From an uncultured Planctomycetota bacterium (GTDB taxonomy: Bacteria; Planctomycetota; Planctomycetia; Gemmatales; HRBIN36): a stretch of 64,000 nucleotides of DNA. A model generated the notes under the pieces. That model ran no database searches. It had not been told where the DNA came from and saw nothing but the letters and a program-made list of their open reading frames with translations. Both the position numbers and the translations under genes were made by a program. Shown here in pieces: positions 27,467 to 39,860 of this stretch. The stretch is taken from NCBI GenBank assembly GCA_937944855.1, contig CALFAY010000047.1:34367-98366 (forward strand), written 5' to 3'. The first letter of the stretch is position 1. Every line of letters begins with the position of its first letter.

Positions 27467-28297
27467 TCAATTCGCGGACTCCGCCCAGAGCCAGGAGACG
27501 AGTTCGGCAGCGTGACGGTAATTGGGAATGATGGCGTCCGCTCCGGCCTGGATGAGCCGCCTTCGCTTCCACTCGTTGACGCCCTGACGGCGTGCTTCGT
27601 CGGAAGCGACGCCGATGGCCACTCCGCCAACCCGCTTGATCTCCTCGATTTCCACGAATCCGTCGCCGAAGCCGAGCAGTTCCGGGCCGGCGACTCCAGC
27701 CTCTCGAATCATGCGTTCGATGACCAGCTTCTTGGAAAAGTTCCAGTAATCGTCCAGCGCGCCAAAGATGCGGTCGCCGAAATAGCGGGTCAGGCCAAGC
27801 AGTTCTGCCTCTTGCTGGACGAACTTCAGATCGGTGCCGCTGGCCAGATAGAGCACCGCTCCGCGACGGCTCAGGTGTTCCAAGAGTTCCCGGCTTCCGG
27901 GCACGGTCCATTCGGACGGCGTAGCTTGACCGGAAGCCAGTGCCTCGATGCGATGCTGAATCCGTTGCATGAGCCGGGCATGGTATTCGTGCTTGTATTC
28001 CAGGGGATCACGAGGCTGGCCGCCGCGTTGGCGAACCTCCTCGGCCAGTTGAATCATCTGGTAAATGGTCTGTCGGCCGTTGAGCCGCATGACGAATTCT
28101 TCCACCTTGGCGTGCAGTTCTTCAGCGGTCTCCGAAGTGGGCGTCTTTTGCAGGACCTCGACCATCATCGGGACCATGACCTGCGGCCAGCCTTCGCGGA
28201 TGAGCGACAAGGTGCCGTCGAAATCGAACAGGACCGCCCGGAAACGGCCCCGCGGGAAGTCGGTGCGAACGAGTTCGAGGTCAGTCGGAGGACTCAT
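27467..28297 (-). CDS. HAD-superfamily hydrolase
   Basis: FDFDGTLS motif I, LASGT motif II, FGDG motif IV. Confidence 0.88.
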   Translation of the reverse strand: MSPPTDLELVRTDFPRGRFRAVLFDFDGTLSLIREGWPQVMVPMMVEVLQKTPTSETAEELHAKVEEFVMRLNGRQTIYQMIQLAEEVRQRGGQPRDPLEYKHEYHARLMQRIQHRIEALASGQATPSEWTVPGSRELLEHLSRRGAVLYLASGTDLKFVQQEAELLGLTRYFGDRIFGALDDYWNFSKKLVIERMIREAGVAGPELLGFGDGFVEIEEIKRVGGVAIGVASDEARRQGVNEWKRRRLIQAGADAIIPNYRHAAELVSWLWAESAN

Positions 28298-29042
28298 GGG
28301 CACGGATGCCAGGCCAGGAGCCACGTTGCTTATCCAAGAGCATTGTCAAGGATGTTCGCAAATCGTCCAGCGAGGCCAAGGTCCGCTCCTTGGCCTTCGT
28401 GGCCTCCGAGCGTCGCAGCCAATAGGCTTGAAAGCCAGAAGCCGCAGCCGGTTGGCAGTCGTTCTCGAAACTGTCTCCGACGTAGATCACCTCCTCCGGT
28501 CGCCGTTCGATCCGGCGGACGAGTTCATCGAAGAACTGTGTCGCCGGCTTTCGCCAACCGATTTCGGAACTGATGACGACTTCCGCGGCGTCGGCCAGAG
28601 GCGGATGCCCCTGGAGGATGGACCGCAAGCGTCGGTCGAAGTTGGAAGCCACGGCAAAGCGTCCGCTCCGAGAACGAAGCCACTCCACCAACCGCACGCC
28701 ATCGGGATAGCATTCCCAAGCCTCGGGGCGGGCATAGTACCCCCACAGTTCCTCGAACGGAGCCAAGGGTTCGGGTTGGTCGTGGAACACATGGCCGATG
28801 ATGGCGCGCCAGCGCGCCCGTTCCCGCTCTTCGTTCGTCCGCAGATTGTTGCGCCGATCGCGCTCTTCTTCCCGTTCAAACGCTTCCTGGAAGCGCCTGT
28901 AGATGACATCAGGCGGTACTTGGCACCCGTGGCGTCGGCCGGCCCGGGCATAGGTTTCAGCAACCGGCTCGCGGGGATGAATGACAGTGCCCACGGCGTC
29001 CAGGCACAGCAGCGGTGAAGAGCACGGACCCGATGCGCTCAT
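28281..29042 (-). CDS. HAD-IA (REG-2-like) hydrolase
   Basis: LDAVGTV, SNFD, SSEIGWRKP, YVGDSFEND. ATGA overlap with the upstream regulator. Confidence 0.88.
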   Translation of the reverse strand: MSASGPCSSPLLCLDAVGTVIHPREPVAETYARAGRRHGCQVPPDVIYRRFQEAFEREEERDRRNNLRTNEERERARWRAIIGHVFHDQPEPLAPFEELWGYYARPEAWECYPDGVRLVEWLRSRSGRFAVASNFDRRLRSILQGHPPLADAAEVVISSEIGWRKPATQFFDELVRRIERRPEEVIYVGDSFENDCQPAAASGFQAYWLRRSEATKAKERTLASLDDLRTSLTMLLDKQRGSWPGIRAHESSD

Positions 29043-30850
29043 GGCTGCTCGTCAGCCGTCCTGTTCCGCCACGACAGCAGCGTAGAGCGGGAGACGCCGA
29101 GCAGTTGGGCGGCGCGGGTGGCGTTTCCTTTGGCTTCGGCCATGGCCTGAGCCACGGCCAGCCGTCGCAATTCTTCGAGGTTGCAGGTCGGCAGCGTCGC
29201 CGAACCGCCACTGCTTCTTCGTTCCCGTTCCATGCACAAGTGCTCGACGTCCAGAACATCTCCCTCCAGGAAGCAACAGGCGGAGTCGAGCACGCCGAAC
29301 AGTTGCCTCACGTTGCCCGGCCAGTGGCACTCTTGCAGACGCGACACGGCTTGCGGGGTGATGCGGAGGCTGCGGCCAGTCGCCGCCTGGAGACGACCAA
29401 GGTAATAGTGGACCAGTTCGGGAATGTCCTCCCGCCGTTCCCGCAACGGTGGCACCCGGATCTGCACCCGATTGAGCCGATAGTAGAGGTCTTCCCGGAA
29501 GCGGTTTTCGCGGACGGCCTGCTCCAGGTCCCGATTCGTAGCGGCGATGAAGCGGACGTCCGCTGTGATTTCCTCATCCGCACCCACCGGGGTGAACGGC
29601 TGCCCTTCGAGAACCCGGAGGAAATGCCTCTGGCCGACTTCGGGAAGTTCGCCGATCTCGTCCAGGAAGAGCACGCCGCCGTCGGCCCGCAGCAGATAGC
29701 CTTTCTTGTCGGAATCCGCTCCCGTGAAGCCTCCCCGGCGATGGCCGCACAGGGCGCTTTGCACCAGTTCCGGCGTCAGGCCGCCGCAGTTCATGGTCAC
29801 GAGCGGACCGTCACGGCGCGGACTGAGACGATGAATGGCCGTCGCTACCAGCTCCTTGCCCACGCCGGTTTCCCCGAGAATCAGTACCGTGCTCAGGTCC
29901 TTGGCCGCTCGAGCGATCCGCTCTCGAAGCTGCTGCATGGCTCGGCTGCTGCCGATGAGGTCCTGCGAAATTGGCGTGGCCTGCCTCCGCAGTCGCAGAT
30001 TCTCTTCCTCATACTGGGCCAGCATCCGCCACAACCGCAAGGCGCTGGCCAGATGCGTCGCCACGATCTCACACAACCGCAGGTCCAGGGGCTGGAAATT
30101 GCGGCCCTGCTGATAAACATGCAAAGCGCCGATGAGGGCATCGCCGCTCAGGAGCGGAACACAGATGGCGTCTTCGAAGCCGACCAGGCTTTCCGGGTGG
30201 TCCAGTTCCAGCGTGGCGCGGTCGGACCGAAGCCAGATGGAGCGTCGGCTCTCTCTGACCTGGGCCGTCAGCCGCTTGCTCAGGCGATACTCACGCCGAG
30301 CGCTCTCGGGCAGAACGATGCGCGGCAGTAGCTCGTCTTCCAGACCCAGGCCGAGAAAACCGACGACTTCGGCCGGGACCAGTCTGTGAATCGTTTCCAA
30401 GGCGGAAATGATGGCATCCCGGGGCTGCGGCGCCTTCATGACGCCGGACATGAAGCGGTACAGGGCGTCCAGGGCGTCCGGCCGGAAGGCGACCGTCTGA
30501 AGGATCTCGCAGGAATCCGTGGGCGTTTGCAGCGCTGGGTTCCGTGGAGGGGCGTTTCCCAACCCGAATTCCAACTCCACGTCGCCGACGATAATCGTGG
30601 CCCTGTCGGTCAGGGGACAAGGTTCCGTGACCCGTTCGCCGTTGACCAGGGTTCCGTTGGCGCTGCCGTTGTCGCGGATCTTCCAGCCATCCTCGTCATG
30701 AAAGATCACGGCATGATGGCGGGATACGTGTCGGCCACGCAGCACGATGTCGTTGTCACGGTGGCGGCCGATGCCGTAGCTCCTGCCCCGTTTCAAAACG
30801 ATCGGCTGATCGCCATTACCATTACCCACGATGAGCACATACGCATCCAT
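29039..30850 (-). CDS. Sigma54-interacting enhancer-binding protein with FHA, GAF, AAA+ and Fis-HTH domains
   Basis: FHA (IGR...VSRHHA...SANGT), GAF (ICVPL...IGALHV), GETGVGKE, GGFTGA, FLDEIGE, FREDLYYRL, WPGNVRQL, GNATRAAQLLGVSRSTL. The real start is ATG 30850, not 32920. Confidence 0.9.
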   Translation of the reverse strand: MDAYVLIVGNGNGDQPIVLKRGRSYGIGRHRDNDIVLRGRHVSRHHAVIFHDEDGWKIRDNGSANGTLVNGERVTEPCPLTDRATIIVGDVELEFGLGNAPPRNPALQTPTDSCEILQTVAFRPDALDALYRFMSGVMKAPQPRDAIISALETIHRLVPAEVVGFLGLGLEDELLPRIVLPESARREYRLSKRLTAQVRESRRSIWLRSDRATLELDHPESLVGFEDAICVPLLSGDALIGALHVYQQGRNFQPLDLRLCEIVATHLASALRLWRMLAQYEEENLRLRRQATPISQDLIGSSRAMQQLRERIARAAKDLSTVLILGETGVGKELVATAIHRLSPRRDGPLVTMNCGGLTPELVQSALCGHRRGGFTGADSDKKGYLLRADGGVLFLDEIGELPEVGQRHFLRVLEGQPFTPVGADEEITADVRFIAATNRDLEQAVRENRFREDLYYRLNRVQIRVPPLRERREDIPELVHYYLGRLQAATGRSLRITPQAVSRLQECHWPGNVRQLFGVLDSACCFLEGDVLDVEHLCMERERRSSGGSATLPTCNLEELRRLAVAQAMAEAKGNATRAAQLLGVSRSTLLSWRNRTADEQP

Positions 30851-31012
30851 CACAGGACCCTTGAAGGGTGTCCAAGTCGGTCCGACGACCAACGCTGTCT
30901 CTGGGAGTTTGCATGAGACTTCTATATTGAAATCAGCGCATCCAGAGGCATCCAGCGTTTTTTTGACGGCAAACGAGGGGAACCCGTCAGGGTTCCAGTG
31001 AGCGAGGCGTTC

Positions 31013-32899
31013 ATGGCAGGTTCGCGCTTCGTTGTCGGAATTGACCTCGGAACAACCAACACCGCTCTGGCCTTTGCCGACACGGGCACCGGGGAGGAAA
31101 CCCGCATCGGGGTCTTGCCCATTCCCCAACTGGTTCGGGCCGGAGAAGTGGCAGAACGCTCCTTGCTGCCCTCGTTCCTTTACCTGCCCAAACCGGGTGA
31201 GCAGCCGGTCGGCAGTCTGGCGTTGCCCTGGGACGCCCAGCGGGATTACGCGGTCGGCGAGTTTGCCCGCAACTTCGGCGTCCAGGTGCCGACCCGGCTG
31301 GTCTCCTCGGCCAAGTCGTGGCTGTGCCATCCCGGTGTCGATCGCCGTTCGCCCATCCTTCCCTGGAAAGCTCCCGAGGACGTCCGCAAAGTTTCCCCGC
31401 TGGAGGCCTCGACGCGCTATCTGCACCACCTCCGCGAAGCCTGGAACTTCGTCATCGCCAAGGATGTCGCCGATCACCGGCTCGAACATCAAGAGGTCGT
31501 GCTGACCGTTCCCGCCTCCTTCGACGCCGCCGCAAGGGATCTGACGGTCGAAGCCGCCCGAGCCGCCGGCTTGGAAAACGTCACTCTGCTGGAAGAGCCG
31601 CAGGCCGCGTTTTACGCCTGGATCCAGAGTTTCGGCGACGCCTGGCGGGAGCAGGTCGAGGTCGGCGACGTGATCCTCGTCTGCGACGTCGGCGGCGGAA
31701 CCACGGATTTGACGTTGATCGCCGTGGCCGAGGAAGACGGCCAGCTGGTCCTCCAGCGGATCGCCGTCGGCGACCACATCCTGCTGGGCGGCGACAACAT
31801 GGACCTGGCCCTGGCCCACCACCTTCAGCAAGAGTTCGCACGCCGGAACGTCAGGCTCGATTCCGCCCAATTCCTGCAACTGGGCCATGCGGTCCGGTCG
31901 GCCAAGGAGCAACTGTTCGCCGATCCCTCGCTGGCATCCGTCCCCGTCACCGTGCTGGGGCGGGGCAGTCGGGTCATCGGCGGGGCCTTGCGGACCGAGC
32001 TGACCCGGCAGGATCTGGAACAGGTCCTTCTCGAAGGTTTCCTGCCCAAATGTCCGCCGGATGCCGAACCGAAACGGCAACGCGGCGTCGCGCTCCAGGA
32101 ATTGGGTCTGCCTTACACCGCCGATCCAGCTATTTCCAGACATGTCGCTACTTTTCTTCGCAGCCATGCAGAGATCATTAGGAAAACCCTGGCCGGCCGA
32201 CGCCCCGGCGGAAAGGCCGCTCGGAAGCCCATAGCCCAGCCGGCCGGGTTGCCCACGGCAGTCCTGTTCAACGGCGGCGTCTTCAAGGCCAAAATCTTGC
32301 AAGACCGCCTGGAAACCCTTCTCAACGAATGGTCCGCCGCTCAAGGGGCCGAGCGGGTCCGGGTGCTGCCGGGAAACGATCTCGACCTGGCCGTGGCCCG
32401 AGGAGCGGCGTACTACGGGCTGGTCCGACGCGGCAGGGGAATTCGCATCCGGGGCGGGACAGCCCGGGCCTACTACGTCGGCGTCGAAAGCAGCCTCCCC
32501 GCCGTACCCGGCATGCCGCCGCCGATCAAGGCGGTCTGCGTCGTCCCCTTCGGCATGGAAGAGGGCACGGAGACCGACATCCCCGGCCACGAGTTCGGAC
32601 TGATCGTCGGCGAGCCGGTCCAGTTCCGCTTCCTCGGTTCCACCCAGCGGCGCCAAGATGCCGTGGGAACGGTGGTCGAAGACTGGCAGGACCAGATCGA
32701 GGAACTCAATCCTCTGGAAATCACCCTCGATCCTGGACAGGCCGTCGAGGGCCGTAAGATCACCGCCGGCATGACGGTCCCGGTCTTGCTCCATTCCAAG
32801 GTCACGCCCGTCGGCACGCTGGAATTGTGGTGCCGCAGCCGCGACGGCAAGCAGCAATGGAAGCTGGAATTCAACGTCCGCGAACGTCCCCAGACCTGA
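31013..32899 (+). CDS. Hsp70-family (atypical DnaK-like) protein
   Basis: GIDLGTTN, TVPASF, EEPQAA, DVGGGTTD, LGGDNMD, VARGAA. No canonical DnaK lid. Confidence 0.9.
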   Translation: MAGSRFVVGIDLGTTNTALAFADTGTGEETRIGVLPIPQLVRAGEVAERSLLPSFLYLPKPGEQPVGSLALPWDAQRDYAVGEFARNFGVQVPTRLVSSAKSWLCHPGVDRRSPILPWKAPEDVRKVSPLEASTRYLHHLREAWNFVIAKDVADHRLEHQEVVLTVPASFDAAARDLTVEAARAAGLENVTLLEEPQAAFYAWIQSFGDAWREQVEVGDVILVCDVGGGTTDLTLIAVAEEDGQLVLQRIAVGDHILLGGDNMDLALAHHLQQEFARRNVRLDSAQFLQLGHAVRSAKEQLFADPSLASVPVTVLGRGSRVIGGALRTELTRQDLEQVLLEGFLPKCPPDAEPKRQRGVALQELGLPYTADPAISRHVATFLRSHAEIIRKTLAGRRPGGKAARKPIAQPAGLPTAVLFNGGVFKAKILQDRLETLLNEWSAAQGAERVRVLPGNDLDLAVARGAAYYGLVRRGRGIRIRGGTARAYYVGVESSLPAVPGMPPPIKAVCVVPFGMEEGTETDIPGHEFGLIVGEPVQFRFLGSTQRRQDAVGTVVEDWQDQIEELNPLEITLDPGQAVEGRKITAGMTVPVLLHSKVTPVGTLELWCRSRDGKQQWKLEFNVRERPQT

Positions 32900-32922
32900 G
32901 CCGATCGGCTCGCAAGTCACCG

Positions 32923-35367
32923 CTAGTCGTCCAGATGAGGGAAGACGAAGGCAGCCCGGACCGGGGGCGGCATCGGCGAATTGGGGCCGCGTACCGACCG
33001 CCAGATGATTTCGTTGAACAGCAGATCATCAGCCGCATCTTCCTTGCTTAAATCGAGTTGCTCGGACAGTTTCGCACCCCAGGCCGTCGCCTTGTTGGTT
33101 TCGGTCAGGTCCACGTTGGCCGGTAGGTGTTCGTGGGGGGTGAAGTCCGGCTTGGCCGTGAACGAGTTATACATCGGTCGCGCTGCTGCGTCGAATTGGC
33201 TCATCGGCTTGAGGCCCAGAATCAGTTCCATCGTCCGCAACATGCTGGCCGTCGAATACATGGTCGAATCCACGGCTTTGCGTTTGACGTAGGGACCGAT
33301 GACCAGGGCCACGGTGCGATGGGCGTCCACATGGTCCGGGCCGTTCTGAGCATCGTCCTCAACGACGAAGATGGCCATTTCTTTCCAGAACCTGGACTTG
33401 CTGAGGGCCTCGACGACCATGCCGAGGGCCAGATCGTTGTCGGCCACCATCGCGGTCGGCGTCGGTTTGCCGACCCGCGTTCCGGCCGTGTGGTCGTTGG
33501 GCAGACGGAGGATGACCAGCTGCGGCATCTTGCCTTCGTTTTCCCATTGCTTCAGGACGGTGATGAACCGCTCGGCTCGCTTCACGTCGGGGTAATCGAG
33601 GTCGTAGCCGCGGAACCACGGATCGAAATGCCCTTCCAGGGCCTTGACTCGTGCCCGGCCAGGATCGTTCGGCGTCGGGCCGTTGGCGATCCACTCGCCG
33701 AAGCTGAAGTAGCTCACTCCAGCCTCAGCGCAGCGGTCCCAGATGTAGCCGCCCGCCGGTCGGGCCACTGCGTCCTTTTCCCCTTCCGCCGGATACTGCG
33801 TCAGCTTCTTCAGGGGGCTGCCCCGGTAGTTGAGCGGCCAGACCTTCTCCACGAAGTCGGTGCAGTAGGCTCCCATGGACCACTCGTGCCCGTCGGCGGA
33901 GACTTCGCTTTCGACGTAGAAGTTGTCCAGCAGCACGAACTCGCGGGCCAGCTTGTGATGGTTCGGCGTCACCCGCTCGGGGAAGATGCACAGGCTGGGA
34001 TCGCCGTTGCCCTCGGAAATGTCGCCGAAGACCTGATCGTAGGTGCGGTTCTCCTTGATGATGTAGATGCAATACTTGATCGGACTGGGATCGCCGACCT
34101 TGGCCGGGATCGGATTGTCGGGCGAACGGGTGCCGACCGGGGCGAGGTCAGCCCGCAGCGGAGAGCACTCGAAGGCTTGTTGGCTGTACTTGACCATCTG
34201 CTCCGGCGTGGGCATGTCGATGACGCTGATGGTGCCCCGGTACAGCGAACCGATGTACTCCCGCAGGGTGCGGACGGTGGCTCGGGGATCCGGTCCCTGG
34301 CGGTTCGCCTTGGGCATGGTGCCTTTGCCGTTGGCGACGTAGATTCGCTTGTCCGCGGCGTTGTAGCGAACCGAGGTGGGATACCATCCCACGGGGATGA
34401 AGCCGAGCGGCCTGGCCCGCTGCCGATCCTGCACGTCGAACAGCGACAGATTGTTGGCGTCGGCATTGGCCACCAGGAGGATCTGACCGTCCGGCGTCAG
34501 GCTCAGGCTGTTGGGCGTATTGCCGGTGGGGGCTGTCGGGTACAGCGAGCAGGCGATGGTCTGGAGGCCCTTGCCGTCGCCAGCGTCCAAAACGCTGACT
34601 TTAGTCGAATTGGCACACGAGACGAACAGCGTCTTCCAGTCCGGGCTTAACGCCATCTCGGTGGGATGCCGCTCGGTCGGCCACTGGGCGGCGAGCTTCC
34701 GGGTATCGAGATCGACCACCGCGACGGCGGCCTTGCTCCACAGACTCACGAACAGCCGCTTGCCGTCCTTGTCCGGCAGGCAGGTGTACGGATACGATTC
34801 CGGCTCGAATTCGACGGTCCAACGATCCTCGGGCTTGTCCAGCGGCACGACACAGACGCCGCTGCCCCAGGTGCCGCAGACGTAGAGCATCTTGCCGTCG
34901 GCACGGGCAGCGATGCCGCCGGCAATGAACTTGCTTTTCTCGTCGGCGATGCGGATCGTTTTCCGCTTGCCCAGCAGCCCGTCGTCGAACTCGAACTGAT
35001 GCACGATCTCGAACTCCGCCCCGCTGGCGTAAACATGTCGGCCGTCGGGGCTGAAGCACAGTCCGTAGAAGCTCTGCTCGATCGGGACCCGGCTGGCGAT
35101 CCGTTGTTTTGTCAGGTCGAGGATGATGACCTCGTGTTCGCCGTAGCCGGCGTGAAGGACGGCCAGGAACGTGCCCTGCGGGTGAAGGGCCATGTTGACG
35201 GGGAAATCGCCGACCTCGATCTGCTTGCCCGCCGGTCGTAACGACCACTGGTTCGGCAGCTGGATTCGACCATCCGGCCGCGGGCCGGGCAGAACCCGTC
35301 CTTCCTGGGCCGCGGCAGTCAGCGCAACAAAACAGGCGATGAACGACCAGCCCACGAGATACCGCAT
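32923..35367 (-). CDS. Secreted YVTN/YncE beta-propeller plus phosphoesterase (alkaline-phosphatase-like) protein
   Basis: Signal peptide, propeller repeats (IPVGWYP, YVANGKG), IIKENRTYDQVFGD, SADGH, LPNDHT, EDDAQNGPDHVDAHR. Confidence 0.9.
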   Translation of the reverse strand: MRYLVGWSFIACFVALTAAAQEGRVLPGPRPDGRIQLPNQWSLRPAGKQIEVGDFPVNMALHPQGTFLAVLHAGYGEHEVIILDLTKQRIASRVPIEQSFYGLCFSPDGRHVYASGAEFEIVHQFEFDDGLLGKRKTIRIADEKSKFIAGGIAARADGKMLYVCGTWGSGVCVVPLDKPEDRWTVEFEPESYPYTCLPDKDGKRLFVSLWSKAAVAVVDLDTRKLAAQWPTERHPTEMALSPDWKTLFVSCANSTKVSVLDAGDGKGLQTIACSLYPTAPTGNTPNSLSLTPDGQILLVANADANNLSLFDVQDRQRARPLGFIPVGWYPTSVRYNAADKRIYVANGKGTMPKANRQGPDPRATVRTLREYIGSLYRGTISVIDMPTPEQMVKYSQQAFECSPLRADLAPVGTRSPDNPIPAKVGDPSPIKYCIYIIKENRTYDQVFGDISEGNGDPSLCIFPERVTPNHHKLAREFVLLDNFYVESEVSADGHEWSMGAYCTDFVEKVWPLNYRGSPLKKLTQYPAEGEKDAVARPAGGYIWDRCAEAGVSYFSFGEWIANGPTPNDPGRARVKALEGHFDPWFRGYDLDYPDVKRAERFITVLKQWENEGKMPQLVILRLPNDHTAGTRVGKPTPTAMVADNDLALGMVVEALSKSRFWKEMAIFVVEDDAQNGPDHVDAHRTVALVIGPYVKRKAVDSTMYSTASMLRTMELILGLKPMSQFDAAARPMYNSFTAKPDFTPHEHLPANVDLTETNKATAWGAKLSEQLDLSKEDAADDLLFNEIIWRSVRGPNSPMPPPVRAAFVFPHLDD

Positions 35368-35863
35368 GGTCCAGGCTCCTCCAACCACGATTGCCTTCGC
35401 TTCAAGGGGTTCCTCGGAAAGGCGTTATGATAATTCCTGACCAACGAGCAAACCAGTCCGCACCCCGTGAAATCCCGGTGAAGCCTGACGGCTGCGGGAC
35501 GGTTCTGAATCCTCCCTGGCCAGGCCCTTTCTTGTTCGTAACTGCCCTTTGGGCAGAAAGTTGCACAATCCGCCAAGCTCTTCAGGCCGCCTGGTGCGCA
35601 ACATTTTTCCGAAGCATGTCTGGCATCGGTTTCACAAGCCGGGACCGACCCGGCCACGGCTCTGGAACGCTGGTATCCCAACCTGCATCATGCCGGATCA
35701 TCAACACGGTCTCCAGGTCGGTCGCGCCGGCGGACCACCGATTTAAGGCGTGACAAACCGGGTCCTCGGTCGAATACAATGAGACATCGCCTGAGCAGGC
35801 CGCGGCTGCGGCAGGCGGTACGCACCATCTGTTTTCACTGAGGACGGAGGTTCCTCCCTCATC

Positions 35864-38464
<2,601 letters not shown>

Positions 38465-38533
38465 CATCACCAGATCCGGTTCGCCCCACCAAGAGGGGCC
38501 GCGGGAGAGGAGGACAAGGCAGCGAGGTGACTC

Positions 38534-39751
<1,218 letters not shown>

Positions 39752-39860
39752 ACCGAAGCGGCAATCGGTCGCGGATCGAGCCTCGTCTATATTCCTGGGG
39801 CGAAAGGGTCAGCCGAATCGAGGCTGACAACGGAATCGGCATGCACATCGGAGGCTGCCA

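Noticed and set aside
29039-32920. 1293-aa ORF suggesting a giant fusion regulator
   Set aside because: The first ~690 codons are the antisense shadow of the Hsp70 gene plus intergenic DNA; recognisable domains start at ATG 30850
35400-35860. Sigma54 promoter, CIRCE or ncRNA upstream of clpB
   Set aside because: The TGGCAT and TGGTAT candidates lack GC at the correct -12 spacing, there is no TTAGCACTC-N9-GAGTGCTAA, and no RNA family was recognisable by eye
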